Shown one piece after another: positions 39,913 to 54,770 of a DNA stretch of 64,000 nucleotides. The notes under the pieces were generated by a model. It was not told where the DNA came from, did not search any database, and saw nothing but the letters and a program-made list of their open reading frames with translations. Where the stretch lies: assembly GCA_000165425.1 (NCBI GenBank), contig CT868660.1, forward strand, positions 434,001 through 498,000. The letters run 5' to 3'. Position 1 is the first letter of the stretch. Each line of letters opens with the position of its first letter. The position numbers and the translations under genes are program-made. Source of the stretch: Paramecium tetraurelia (lineage: Eukaryota).

Positions 39913-42561
39913 TCATTTCGCTGAAATTGGTTTAAAATATAATGCAGTTGCCCTCTTTTTTTTCTTATGGTTTTCGGCCTCCTTCTACGGACTTATTATT
40001 TGATTATCTCTAAGGATATATTGGCGGTATTTCCTTGATATTTATTATAAAATTATTACTTTATAAATTCATAAGGAAATGTTAGAAAGAGACTTAATTA
40101 CTTCCACTATTCAAAGAATTTTAAGTTTATTTTTGTGGTTTTGAATAGCCAGGCCGAATTGAATTGTGGATAATAATACTTGAAATTCTTAATACAATCT
40201 ATTTCTAAATTAGCTCTTTAATTCAATTTTAACCTTAAGTCTCCTAATAATATTTTATCACTTTCTCTCAAATTATCATCATCAAATTCTCTAAGAGTGT
40301 GTAGTTCCAATGGCTAATTAATCTAGTTTGGATGATGTAATTTTTATCGTATTTACTTGATATTTAAGGCTTACCTATTAGAAAATTATTTTTTTGTCAT
40401 GTTTTGCATTTATTAAAAGTAATTTGAATGAGTAGCTTTCCATGATTCTTTCATTTCGAATTCAGAAGAATCTGATGATTCTATTGTTGGAATAGTCAAC
40501 TAAATCTTATCCAAATTATCATTTTATTTAAGTTCTTTAAAAACAGCTCTTCTTTTTCTTTCATGCTTTCTTTTATAAAACTTTCTATTTTATTATTAAG
40601 GATATTGATGTTTCTTGATGACTGCATCTTTGTCTGGATTAAATGTGAGCAAAGGACATTATTAAATAGTATGTTAAAGACTTTTACAGGAGTAGCAATC
40701 CATGCCAAAATATGATTTGTTAAAGATAAGTTATTCTTTCAATTAACAATATTATTCATGATCTTCTGAGTATTGTGAAAGTACTTTCATAAAGTCTTTT
40801 TTAGTGATGAAAACCAATTTACTGAATGCAACAGACGTATACCTTAATGATGGAATATCATCAAACATAAACTCTCTTAATCCAAAGTTATCACCTGCCT
40901 AGAGGGTGGCTAATCTGAGTCTATTATTTCTAAAATATGTTCCTATAGATCCTCTTTCTATGAAGAACAAACAAGGTTAATCAAATGGAACAGTTTTACA
41001 AGGAGTAAGTGTTATTGATTAAACGTGCTTCAAACATTCGGCTTTAAATTCATGAGAAAAGTAGTCATTAAATAATTTACAACCTTTGACTATTATAGAG
41101 TTGGCCTCAAAGATGAGGTTTTCTTAAAGATCTTGAGATAATTAACCTATTATATCCTTAACTTCTAAGTTTTCCTCCAATTTTTGTTCTTTCCAATAAA
41201 ATGTTAAATATTCTCTTATTTCATATTTGAGTTGATTAGAAATATTCACACTCTTCATATAAGTATTAATGGCTCTCATTTTGCGAATGTGATCCTCACT
41301 TTTTTCATTCAATTTCGAATAAACATTCCAGATTGCTGACACTGTATATGACAATTGTAAAGTTGAGCAAACCATAAATCCTATGGTCACTAATCTTTCG
41401 TAGATATCTAATAAGATTTGTAAATTATTTACTTTTTGGAACAACATCTCCGTATCCTACAGTAAACATAGTAACTGATGAAAAATAAAATGCTGTGATA
41501 TATTAATCAGTGTAGGGGGCATCAGTCAATCCATTCGACTTTATCCATGAATCTTAAGCAATTTCTTAAATTCCAACAAAATACCATATGCAACTAAATA
41601 AATGTTCCAGTAAGAAGAGAAACATCACAAGTTTAATCTATATTAAATTATTTGTTTACCAGATCTAATAGTAATGAAGTAGTCTCTGAATAATCCTAGC
41701 TGTTTTATAGTCTCTAAAAGACTCGAATTATATTTTATAATTAGATAATGATTCCTAAAATACTAATCACACTCCTCACATAGTTATACTCTCGAAGTGA
41801 CTAGTTTTTATAATCGATATAATTGTTTTATTCACTTATTTCTTGTGCAAGAACTAGAACTAATGTCACAACACAAAAAATATCATATATGAAACCATTC
41901 CTTATGTAATTACGAGCTACTTTATAATGATTCGTTATTAAATATCCTTTCTCATAAAAAGATGTGATAAAGTTCAATAAAATATCAAAGATCAATAAAG
42001 ATGTGGACACCTGCAATGTCCATAAGAGTTAATTGTAAAGCAGTTTGTTATTGAAAGCTGTCTCATACGGTATAGCAAACAAAAGGTAGAATCTGATAAA
42101 TGCAAGAAAGATATCCCATATTAATTTGAATTCATTGTTTGGATTGATTATTGGAATCAGTTTAATTGATTTAGTTATTTTCTAAGCAATTTTTGATTTC
42201 TTAATTTCTCTCCATTTTCTGGTCAATTTTCTCTTCAATCTGGCGAATTTAGATTTGTTTACTTTTCCCCAAACTTGTCCAGTTTTCTATGACACTTTTC
42301 AAAATAATCATAATATTTCATACTAATAATATTCTTTTCGAGAAACATCTTTTATGATGTGATAATGAATTGGAGCAAGTTATTGATATTGTTTCTTGTT
42401 TTGAATGGCTTTATTCTTCATCCTAAATCCATAAAACTTAGCTCTCATTGATTAAAAAGCACTATGAATTTAACAAAGAAATCATACTTTCCACTAGTAT
42501 TGACTTATTTAGTTAGTAATAGTTTATCTTCAATTTTATAGGCCTCACTTTAGTCTAACAT
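39913..42561 (-). CDS. Six-TM K+ channel with cyclic-nucleotide-binding domain (EAG/KCNH-like ciliate family)
   Basis: IPIINPNNEFKLIWD, ARNYIRNGFIYD, HLFSCIWY, pore YITAFYFSSVTMFTVGYGDVVP, C-linker and CNBD (LFFIERG, GDNFGLRE), CYSC..H..CP knuckle. Confidence 0.9.
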
Positions 42562-42620
42562 ATTCGTAGCAGTTAATATAATATTATAAAAATTGAAAAG
42601 AATTAATTATTTATTTTAAT

Positions 42621-43531
42621 TCATTGCAATAGCCAATCAACTCTTAATGGAGACTTTAAACATTTTTAAGTACCTTTTAATGTGTACAATTCTGATCTTC
42701 CATCCCTTCCTTTCATATAAAATTCAACTATGTAATTTTCATCAGCCCTAATTGATAAAATATCTAAGTATAATTATGCTTTTGGAATATTCCTTTAGTG
42801 TCCACAAAGTTATAAAGATTCTCCCTGAAATTAGCATTTACTATATACAGTGATACAGGCTATATAATTGCTAATAAGTACCTCTATATTCATATCTATT
42901 GTCATATTTATAAGCACTTCTATAAAAATCTCTTTGTCTTGGTTCTGTTCTTTTTATTGAAGAAGAACCATACTAATTATCTGCATTACAATTATCTGGA
43001 CTGTAGTTTGATGATTTTGCATCACATGGATCTGAATAAATACTTAAATAATATAATTTATTTTACTATAATTTGCTGATTACTTCTCTTAAGAACCTTC
43101 CTAACTCTTAATCGTTTGGGTTTTTTGGTATTGTCACACTCTAGCCTGTCAATGGAGGTCCTCTTCTACCGCTATGTCTTCCAGAATAATCATCTTCTCT
43201 CCCATGATGTTAATCTCTTCTACCATAGTCTTTCTGATAATATCCTGTATTTAAATATCTAACTCCCTCCTTTTAAAATTGCTGATTTTAGGAATCACTT
43301 TTCTCTTGTTGATGATATTGCTCTTCATTTCGAACTTAAAGTTTTTATTAAATCTCTTCTTTCAAGATTTCTGCATCAATTTTTTATAATTATTATTATT
43401 TTCTAAAATTTTAAGACTCTTGAGCATTTGACTATTATTTTTATACATTTTATTTGCTTTATTAAATTTCTTTTTATCTTTCCTCTTAATCTAGTTATTC
43501 TTTTTTACTCGAATAAATTTATTTTGGTTAA

Positions 43532-43609
<78 letters not shown>

Positions 43610-45700
43610 TATTAGTACAACTATTGTTATTACTATTACTACTATTATTATTATTACAACTATTATTACTATTACAATTATTATTATTATTAATGCTATT
43701 ACAATTTTTATACTTAATCTTATGATTTTTCATAATCCTATTCTTCTTTTTAAATTGGCTACTAAATTATTGAATTTTATTTTTCTGTTTCATCCATATT
43801 TTATTAAGGTTACGGGTGACTATCTTCTGGCATCAAAAAGGCCTCGCTAACAGATCCTGGTTATTCCTAATTAATTTCGTCATCTTTTTGAATATTTTCA
43901 TCTTCGTCTGTAGAATATTCTAAATCATCTTAGTCAAATTAATCCTCTTCAACTTTTTGAATCAACTCAGTTGGCTACTTTAATCTTTTATGTATTTCTT
44001 TATACTGTATAGGTTTAACATCATAATATTTTTGTTGAGCTTCACAATGATCTTAAACTATATTTATTATTAGTAATAATTTACTCTAATCCAATATAAA
44101 TGTCTTTTAAATATGATCTATGAATTCTCGAAACAGTTACAAACATTACATGTCTGTAAATTCATTTTAAGAAGTAAATACCAGAACATAAGTTCTTCCA
44201 ATAATATTCTAAATTTAATGAGAATCTAAAGTATATAGGATAAACTTACAAACATTATCATTAATACTGTAAAAGGCTTCTAAATTTTCATTCTGTTCAT
44301 TAATTATTAAAGAGTTAATGCTTTATTGTTTATAAGTAATTCTTAGATATGACCCAATATACCCACCATGATTCATTTCTCTATTATTAATTTCAGAAGT
44401 AAATAACACTGTAAAATCATTCTAAACAACTGCTGTATTATCAAACATTTCAACGAATGGAGTATCCTAAAATTATTCATTAGATTTGAATTTAATTATT
44501 TAATCAGATTGCAATTGAAATGGCAATTATTTAAAAAAGTCTAATGAAACATCAGAACATTGCTGTTGAGGATTTTCACAGACGTTGTTTCTCTGGTGAA
44601 TGATAAATATGCAATCTTAAAATACATGTTCAATCAAATCACTTGAAGGAAATTTAGCAAACTATGAAGTAACAAATGAAAAAACAAAGACTTTTGAATC
44701 AGTCATACCAATAGTTATATAAGCCAAGTTGTCATCTTCTTTGTAATTGATTACAATCCCATCCTCGCTTTCAAAAATTAGAATATGAATAAATCCTCTA
44801 TTTTCTTATTAAAGAGTCACGATTAATCCACTTTGAGGATAATCAATAGTTTATTGGTGAGTTTCCATATTTTAAATAGGTATTCTCAACTCAAGGACTT
44901 TGTTATTCAAATTTTATGCTACAAAAACTTGAAGCCCAGGGTAGTTTTTCGTAAAATACTCATTATCCAAAGTTCCATTAATTATCTAATTGCCCAAATG
45001 ATAATGTATAGGAGGATGATATAGGTCAGGCGTTTGAAAAGTTAAGCGTTCAAAATTATTATCCAAATTACATTTGATTTATTCTAACGAAATTGATGCG
45101 ACCTTTTATTAGCAATATTCCTGGTCTTCTGATTGACTGATGAAATGTACGAACCGCTTTAAAATCAACATAGCATCCCCTTTACCTCCCCATGATACTA
45201 TATATATAAAGCCCATTTTCTCGAATTTATCTACAGCATCCGTTTTACCAAAAGAAAATTCTCTCACCAAATTTTCTTTAGATATTAGCAAATGTCCTCC
45301 ATCCTCTTCCTTATCAACAAAATATCCATTATAACCATTATAGAGGTGAACAGAAGCAGTGGTTCTATTCTACTTTACTTTGAACTCCTAAATTGATAAC
45401 CATTAAATTTCGCTAGCATCGCCTGCGAAGATGTAAGCATCAGTAAATCCCACCAAGAAATATGAGTTATTGCTTAAACTTGGTGAAGACTTATAACTTT
45501 ATTAGATATCCAATGCGAAATGAGGTGATTGGCTAGTTAGTATATAAGGCATCGTACTCAGCAATTAAATAAACTTATTACTTCTAATTCTATTAATCAA
45601 TCAAAAAGAATGTTTATTCTTCATAAAATAGGCGCAGTCCGCACAAAAAGTTCTCTGCATTTAACGAGTAAATAGCTTAGATTAAAAAAATTATAAACAT
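42621..45700 (-). CDS. Secreted protein with signal peptide, poly-Gln tract and C-terminal beta/gamma-crystallin-like domain (candidate trichocyst/dense-core granule protein)
   Basis: MFIIFLIQAIYSLNA signal-like start; Q-tract 43534-43700; C-terminus CITVYSKCQFQGESLQLCG..IP..ILSIR..KCLKSP. Confidence 0.65.
43534..43605 (-). repeat. (TAA)~24 microsatellite encoding poly-Gln on the minus strand; degenerate TAA/TAG extension to ~43700
   Basis: Perfect TTA run on the + strand, in frame with the 42621-45700 gene. Confidence 0.9.
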
Positions 45701-45976
45701 TATTATATAAATAATTATAAAATATGACTAAGGAATTCCACCTTAATAAATTTTCTTTTGTTTGCTAAATCACAAAAAATCATCTCTTTTGAAGTGTAAC
45801 TTTTGATTTATAACTTTTAATAAAATTCATAAATCATCAGAGATAATTCGAGAATGCATCTTTAAATTCATTATTACGAATTGACCTTAAATTTGGGCCG
45901 TTGCCTCAATTATTAATAAGATTCTTATAATTATAAAGATCAAATGTTCATAATTAATTTACTAATTTATTTATAT

Positions 45977-47572
45977 ATGAATTAATTCTGGAATAGTAAA
46001 TTAAATACTTTAGGATATGTCAGAAATTATCACTCTGATTTTGGTTCATCTAATATAATCAATCATACACTATATCATAAATATGCATCTTCTCAAAATT
46101 ATTACTTCACAAAAGAAATTAATGATATTTTAAGTAAAAACAGAACCCCAGCAACAATTAAGTTTTATGTAACCAATTCATGAATAATTCAGGATGATAT
46201 TCAATATTTAGAGAATGAGGAATGCATGTCCAGAGTGTATGATATTGATGATTACTAATCAAAAATTTAATTGCTGGTTGAGTTTTATAAATATCACCAT
46301 GATTTGCCTCGTTTTACTGTGGAAGAAGAAATTATCTAAATTTTGAATTTGTATTACGATAAAAAGAGAAAATTGGAGTTCTATAAAATATAGAGATAAA
46401 TAGAATATGAAAATTAAAAGAATCCAGATAAACCATAAAAAGGGATTGTTGGAGATTAGCCTATTGAATCTTAAAGCACTCCACAATCAGATATTAATGG
46501 AGACTCTACGATTAACAATAATGTAGAAAACATTCTTTAAGATGTCCTTATATAGTAGAAAAACTAAAATTAAATTTCTCAATAAGATATAAGTTAAATT
46601 ACAAAATTTTAGGATGACTAAAAGAGTGAAATTCAATAAATGCTTGATATTTTCAACCAAGGAAACCAAAAGAATATACAAAAATATTCCTTCTAAAAAA
46701 ATAGTAGTCCCTCTTTTAATCAACTTCATAAATTAAATGAGTAAATGTTAACTCAATCAAATCAAAAATAATATACTTTATACCAATAGAATGTTCGAAT
46801 TCCTTTAACAACAAGACATCCATCTTCATCTCTAAGCAGAAATTTGAAAACATCATCTCATGAAAAAAAACTAGATAATAATTTTGCTTATTTATTTAAT
46901 AAGTGTCCTTAAAGAAAAAGATAAACAATGGAAAATAAAAATGAAATCAAGAAAGAATTCAAGAAGTCAGTTCCAAATATAAAATCTTTGGGATTAAGAA
47001 TCTTAGCATGTCTAAACTAAATAGAAAAGTACAAATAAAATACTAAATGCATATCATCACTAGATAACAAAGAAATTTAAAAGATTATATTTTCAGTTCA
47101 TTCACCTGCTTATTCATCTAATATGAATCCTTATAAAGGTTCATCAACTCATTCCATTAAAATATCTCAGTAAGTTAATACATAAGATGATTATGTAATT
47201 AATTAAAGCCCAATTAATTTTCACACTACTTAAACTCCAAGATCTAATTAGGATGGTTCTAAGCTAGTAAAAAGACATTTCTTAGAGTAAAAACAAAAAG
47301 ATAACCTAAAAAAGCTCATGGTTTATAAGAAGGATAACAACATCAAAACTCAAAAAGATTTACGTTTAATCCCAAAACTTAATCTTAATAGAGTTAATAA
47401 CTTGAATGTTAACTCATGTTGTAACACTCTTCGAATAAATGGATTAAATCAAAATAGTACTAATCAGCTAACACCTAAGTCTTTCACCTTTAGATCCAGA
47501 ATAAATAACATAATAAATTAGTAAATAAAAACAATCTAAAATAATTATGTAAAGAACTCAGTCAAACAATGA
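45977..47572 (+). CDS. Ciliate-type hypothetical protein
   Basis: MNQFWNSKL..KYASSQNYYFTKEINDIL..LVEFYKYHHDLPR followed by low-complexity S/N/K tail. 24-nt intron at 46169-46192. Confidence 0.65.
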
Positions 47573-48656
47573 TCGTTTATAATGTGTTATTAAATAAATT
47601 CAATTTTGAAAGATTATAGTAAAATTAGTAACTCCATAATATTAAAGAATTGGATTTCTGGATTATACTATCTATTGTTCAGTCCAGTTGTTTATAATTT
47701 GAATTTATGAATCATTTTTATTATTTTAATTTGAATATAATCTTAAAATAGATTCATAATCTCTTATGATTAATTTAAGGATTATACGTTTAAGAAGGAT
47801 TATAATCATATTGATTTATTTTACAATTCATGATACTAATTTGTAATTGAGTAAATAAAGAACCAATGTTAGCTTTGGTATAAATAAAATTTCCAAATAC
47901 AGACTTCAGATTTTTCATTTATAAATTGATTACTTTCTGGAAATAATTAGTGAATCATTCCAAAATTCAAATTTGGATTCAAAAATTTATTAAATATTAT
48001 AAGCAAGATAATTTATCTATTTTTCAAATTTATTGAATTCATTTAATGAGAGTAATCAAAAAATTATTGTTCTGTTGGATGAATTAAATGGTATTAGATA
48101 ATTTTATTATTTATTTATATAAAAAATTTTTCTAAGAATTCCAAAAAAATAGGAATGTTCTTTAAGCAATAGAACCATTTTTCTACTTTTAAATTATAAC
48201 GCTTAACTTTTTAGAATCAAATGAATTTGAAGAATAAGAGATAATTAGGATTGAAAACAAAAATGGCAAAACACAAAGTCAATATAAAAAACACTAATCT
48301 AAAATTTTAAAAGGGATTGTTTTTTATTAAATATAATTTGATTTTGTAAGAAAAAGTAAGATTTAATAAAAAGCTAAAATTTATCTTTCCAGTATAATCA
48401 TTAATTAACAAACCATTTATATATAATTTTATAGGCTTAATTATTCTTAAATATTTTCTTATTTTAATATATATATTTTTATGAGTAATTTAAACATTAA
48501 ATATGATTTGAATATTTATGAACGGGTATTTTTCATAAATTTGATTAGGAATTAATCTCATATAATTGATTGCGTATTAATTATACCAGTGATTTCATTG
48601 TCTTATCCTGATCATAAATTCTAAGATTTGCATAATAAAATTTATAAGATATTAAA

Positions 48657-50186
48657 ATGGGTTCTTGTTCTTCGCGACAAATGAAATAATAGATGAAAGC
48701 AAAAATATAGGAATCTAAACAAAAATAATCATAATCAGCTACTCCAAACAGGCAAACAACTAAAATAAATAGTATAAGATCACAATCTAGACACAATACA
48801 CATACAGCAATATAGTCTCAGAATGATTTGAACCAGTTAGGCTATAGTTTGAAAAACATAAATTTCTTTCTAATCTATAGAAACACAAATTTTTCTTCCT
48901 TCTATAGCTTACTCAAGAAAGAGGATAAAGATAACCCGTTTACAACTATCCAACATAATAATGCTGGGACTGTGAGAATAATAAAGAGTTACAAATCCAC
49001 AGATTCAAAATATATAGCTTAATTACTCAAATATTAACTTGTACATTTTTTTTCTAAATTAGCATCATCCAAATTTGATATAATAGTTTGAAATATATGA
49101 GGAATAATAGAAATATCATGTGGCAGAGGAGAATAACAACAAAATAGTCGTGCTAAATTAAAAAACATTTAATGATGAAAAGGAAATTGCTTTTATTTTT
49201 AATTAGATAGTTGAGGTTATTGAATATCTACATCACTAAAATTTAACGCATGGACATTTGACAATGGAATGCTTTGCTCTATTTGGTGATTAATACATCA
49301 AGTTATATGATTTATTTCATTTATTTATGAAGAAAAAGCCAACTCTAGAAGAAACACACTATTTACCACCAGAATATTTTGATAATTAAGAATATTCCGA
49401 AGAAAGGGATATTTGGTCTTTGGGGATAATTTTATATAATTTACTATATCACAACTCTCCTTATGAATCTAACATAGCAAGTTTGCTTAAATTTGATATA
49501 AAAGCATCAAATATTTCATATTAAAATAAAATATCAGAAGAAGCTATATCTTTATTATAATAAATATTAGAAAAGAATCCAAAAAAAAGAATTAGGATAA
49601 GTGAAATAACAAAACATCCCTGGTTTAAAAAGTAATAGGTTTTCTTAGATGATGATCATATTAGAGAGACTTTGTAAAGATTAAGATTATCAAAGAAACT
49701 TAATATTTTATAGGTTTACTTACTTAAATTTATAATTAATAATTATCCACCTGACAAATTAAGAGAAATATACTCTGTATTTCGATCACTTGATTTAGAT
49801 AATGATGGATTTTTCAGCATTTCAGAACTAATCACTTCCTACACTGAATATGTTGAAGATTCTGAAAATACTAAAATTATATGCATGAATATATTTTAAA
49901 AGGTAGATATGGATAAGGATAAAAAAATCACTTTTTAGGAGTTCATTTTGTATGCTTTTGATCGAAAAGAGTTAATTGAAGAAGAAGTGATTACCACAAG
50001 TTTCAAATTACTAAAAAATAAAAAGAATTTTATTACTGCTGAAACATTGGCAGTTTAGTACACTTTAGATAAAGAATATTTTACAGACATGATGAATGAG
50101 CATTTGAAAAAAGATTATGTATTAATTATCTTATAATTTAGATCACTTTAAAAAGCTTTAAAGAACTTATGAATAAAATAGTTTGA
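48657..50186 (+). CDS. Calcium-dependent protein kinase-like pseudokinase with EF-hands
   Basis: MGSCSS acylation start; HHPNL; YLHHQNLTHGHL (no HRD); KLYDLF (no DFG); YLPPE; DIWSLG; HPWF; EF-hands DLDNDGFFSISE and DMDKDKKITFQE. Confidence 0.8.
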
Positions 50187-50322
50187 CTGAAGATTTATGA
50201 TTCAATAGATGTATGATTAAATTATATAGATTATTATAATATAATTCTCTTTACTCTCTGCATAATAGGTTTGTAAAAGCAAACCTAAATTTTAGTTACT
50301 TAGATGATCATAATTATATAAA

Positions 50323-51537
50323 TCAATCTAAGCAAATCATCCAGAGTGTTTTTAATAATTAATCTGCGGTTTTCCTTTTATCTACATCTCTTTCTAAACA
50401 ACCTATCAACACCTCAACAATCTCTTCGTCGGCTGATTAAATATGCAGATCTTATTTTTTTATTTTCATTTGTAATTCTTTTTCTGTATGACCACTAAAG
50501 GGAAACTTATTAAACAATAAAGCGTAGAGTACCACTCCACAACTCCAGATATCAGTTATCTCATTGTATCTTGGATTTGGAGGGAGCATTTCTGGACTCA
50601 TGTAAGAAGGAGTTCCATATGTTGTGTTAATGTACCCATCTACTTCAGTAGCAAAACCAAAATCAATCAGTTTGATCTCTCTTTATAGTTATGTTTAATT
50701 TACTTTTATGCATTTATTAAAATGTTATCCAATTTGATATCTCTATGAACTATTTTTTTATTGTGTAAATAACTAACAGCCTTTAATAGTTAAAAGAAAA
50801 CTAATTGAATCTCAAATTCTGAAAGATTTTTAACCTTTTTCAATGATTGATCGCCTCCATATTCCATTATTAAATTAATCTAGTGTATGTTAAGACTGAA
50901 AAATTACATTTTTATTAGACTCTACAACTTTAATTAGACGGATTATATTCTTGTGATTGCATTATCTAAGAATTTGAATTTCTTTAGCTACTGCACGAGC
51001 ACGTTAAGGATCATACAATCTTTCTTTAGAATACACTTTTATTGCCACAACCTCACCATGCACCTTATGCACTCCCTTTCTGACAATCGCATAAGAACCC
51101 TAACCAATAACTTCCTAGATTTCATATTCATCTAAAGTGACCAATTTTTTTTAAGGTTTTAACTCAATTAGAGGTGATTCCTTTATATCTAATTTTTCAC
51201 TTGTTAGTTTCTTTACCATTTATGGTGCATTTGAATTTGATCTAATTTAAACTACTGATTTAACAGGTTCCATTCTTTATTTCTTAATAACTTTATTTTC
51301 TTCTTTATTTTATCTAGGTGAAGTAGGAGCTTGCTTTGGCTTCAATAGCAAATTTGATAAAACAGGCAGTCTTGGTTTCATGTGTACTTTTTTTGGCCGA
51401 ATTTCTGTATTTTCAGTTTGATCCTCTTAGATTATTTTGTTGTCTATGCTTATTTATTTGGTTTTAGCATCTGGTCTCTTCAAAATTTCTGGAAGGGTTG
51501 TGAATTTAAGATATGAATCATTAGTAAGTTGCCACAT
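50323..51537 (-). CDS. Ser/Thr protein kinase (CAMK group, MARK/SNF1-like)
   Basis: LGQGSYAIV, VAIK, HRDIKLDN, DFGFA, GTPSYMSPE, DIWSCGV. Confidence 0.9.
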
Positions 51538-52179
51538 TATAAATTTAATAAAATATAATAATAAATTTTCATTAGTTCTCTAAATTTAATCAAATTTAGA
51601 TGATAATCCAAGAATTATATTAATAGACTGATAAAATTTAAGAAAATAGTAGAAACACAAAAATAATTAATTTTCTTCATTCATTTAGATAAGGGTGATC
51701 TGATTACTCTAGTTATGAGCTATAAGACAAGTTTCAGGTGTAATACTGCTACAAAGTTTAATATTTAGTTTAAAAATAAAATAGCGAGAAGGAAATCAGG
51801 ATAAACCATGAATGTTAAATTAATTCGACCATTGATAAAGTTAGAAATAATTAGGATTAGAATAAAAATAAAATGTAAGAGTAAATATAACTTAATATTA
51901 TAATTAATTTTTTAACTTGTAATACTATAAATAATCAAAAGTAATTGGAGCATCTTTTACAACTTTAATAAACTTTAGATTATAAGCAATAACTATAAAA
52001 GAGATCTATTCTATATAATGATTAATTTATCTATTTCTATTTCTAATTGTTAATAAATTTTTCTCAAATTTACTTAAATATTTTAAAATTAAAAAGCAAG
52101 AGATATATAAATTGAAGAATAAGAAGAATGATTTCCATGTATTTATTAATTAATATAAAATGAAATATGTAAAAAGAAA

Positions 52180-54245
52180 TCAATTTTAGTTATTCACAAT
52201 CTACATGGATTCAGGTGATCTTAGCTTTGGTTTTTCAGGACTTGAAATGAGATGAAGAGCTAAATAGGCAAACAATCTAATTCCAACAGCCAACCCTATT
52301 AAAACATAACAGCATTCCCATTTAGATAGAGTGATTGATAACATTTCGACAGGATTGCATTATTATCCAGGCATACATTCATATATAACATCGTCAAACT
52401 CATTCTATTAATAATAAGATAATTATTTTACAATGACTGAAGCTTCAAATCCATATTTAAACATTGATAAATATGTGAATGGATAGAAAATGTATGGAAT
52501 ATTATCTTAGTTCACAAAAAATCCTCCTAATATCATAAAAGGAATAACTAAAGCAGGTACTAATGCAGTAGCTACTTCTATTTTTGGTATTATTGTTGAT
52601 AAAAGTAATCCATATGACACTGCATATTGATATGTTAAGAATTAAATTAATATTAACATGAAGAATTTTCCTACATTAATATCACTTAATCCAATAACAT
52701 AATAGACAATGATTACACAAAGAGATGGATATAAAATCTAGAATGGAAATTCTGCCAAAGATCTTGCCCAAAAGAATGAATGAACACTGTAAGTTTTGTT
52801 TATTCTTTCTCTTAAAAACAAAGGTCTTTCCATTGAGAACGTATGAAGAGCACCTTAGATACCTCCAAATGCATTAGCTGTACAAATAAAGAAGAGAGCT
52901 CCAAAACGATTTTATAACCCTTCATTATAATTTCCTAACTATAAAATTAAATTAAATATAGTACATCAGAATAAACTAGCATGAGCATGATTGCATTAAC
53001 TATTGATTAAAATATTTTTAATTTCACATCCATAGGATTTCTAATTTCATTTAAAAACGATCTTTAGTAGATCAAAACAAATTGTTAAATAAATCCGATA
53101 TGAAATCCAGTATCATTTTCTTTGATCACAGCAGACTCACTTGATTGCAATTCTCTGATCATATTAGAAGAGTTATAATTATTGATAAACTATTTAAGTC
53201 TTTCTTCAAATTCTTCTTTGATTTTAGCTTCATCAAAATCGTCAGATTCTCCTGCCTATATTTTTTCAACTAAAAGTCCTTCTTCATTCATTAATTTCAT
53301 AAAGTAATCAGATGGGTTTGAAAAATTGGGACATTAAAAGCCCATATTTCCAAAATAATTAATGGCTTATTCAGCATCTCCTTAATAGATTATGTTTCCT
53401 CTGACTAAAAGCATAAGTCTGTCGAAATTGTTAAAGATTTCAGATGAAGGTTGATGAATGGTACTGACAATAGTTCTTCCATTCTTTGCTAACCTTTTCA
53501 ACAGATCAATAACTTATAAGGCAGTCGAAGAATCTAAACCAGTAGTTGGTTCATCAAGAAAGATCAAACTTGGATTTGTCAATAGTTCTACACCAATACT
53601 TGCTCTTTTTCTTTCTCCTCCTGATACACCTCTGATTTAGGTATTTCCCACTCTTGTGTCTGCACACTTAGTAATACCCAACTCTCTGATCAAAGCTTCA
53701 ACTCTTTAATGTTTTTCTTCCTGAGATATTGTTAATCTCATATTGGCTGAAAAGTAAAAGGCCTCTAAAAGTATTTAAGGGTATTGTACCTCTTGGAGAG
53801 AATGTTGCAAGCAATATATCGTCTTACATAACATATGCCATTTGATCATTGAATTTGTCAATATCATCTATTCTTTTTCCATTCAGCATCAATTCTCCAG
53901 AAATTTGTAAATTATCTGATATTAATCGACCAGACAAAAAGTTTAAAAGAGTGGTTTTGCCTGATCCAGAAGGACCAAGAATTGCAGTGAAGTGTGCTGG
54001 TTTCATTACACCTTTGAGATTATTTAACAAACACTTCTAAGTGCTAACCTATTGATAAATGGTGAATAAATGTACTTTTCCAACTTTAATAGTTGCATTA
54101 ATTATGAGTTTATCCCATTCTAATTCAATTGGAGTAAATTTTCCTAATGAAAACTCAGCTCGATTATCTGTACTAACAAGGTTTTCCTCTCTATTTGCTA
54201 ACATTTAATTGGGATAATACCATAGGTTTAAAGCTTATCTGTCAT
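52180..54245 (-). CDS. ABCG (White-type) half transporter
   Basis: Walker [10 protein letters not shown], signature [44 protein letters not shown]-terminal TM domain. Confidence 0.95.
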
Positions 54246-54770
54246 AAAAACTGATTGAATTTATTGTTCAAAAATATTATTATTAATCTTTAGAATATTA
54301 GAATTGATAAATTCTAAAATTTAGAATTCTTCAATTCCTAGTATTAATATAAAACCTATTTTTATAATAATATAAATATTATAATCGAAGTTAACTATTA
54401 ATTATAATACGAATTCTTTGAATTCTAAAATACTTAAATTTCTCAATTATTTCAATTATCTCCACAAATAAATGCTTTAATCTCCCTTTCAATTTGAGTA
54501 TTCTTTTGCCATTAAATAAATACTTTAGGCATTTCTCTCATTAGTTTTTTATATTCCTGAGATCAATTAGTTCTTTGTAATTACGAATTCTTATTGATAA
54601 AATTGAATGATGGATAAGTAATTTATTATTAATGTTTGCAAAATAGTTGTTAATTTTATATTTAATGAATTCATAAAAAAAAATACTATGGCGAAGGAAT
54701 TTCTATAAAATTATTGAAATCAAATATATTTTATGTATAAATAGTTATATATATTAAATAAAATTTTAAT

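Noticed and set aside
43428..43850. Poly-Ile (+) and poly-Asn (-) ORFs in the track
   Set aside because: Off-frame or antisense readings of the TAA poly-Gln tract.
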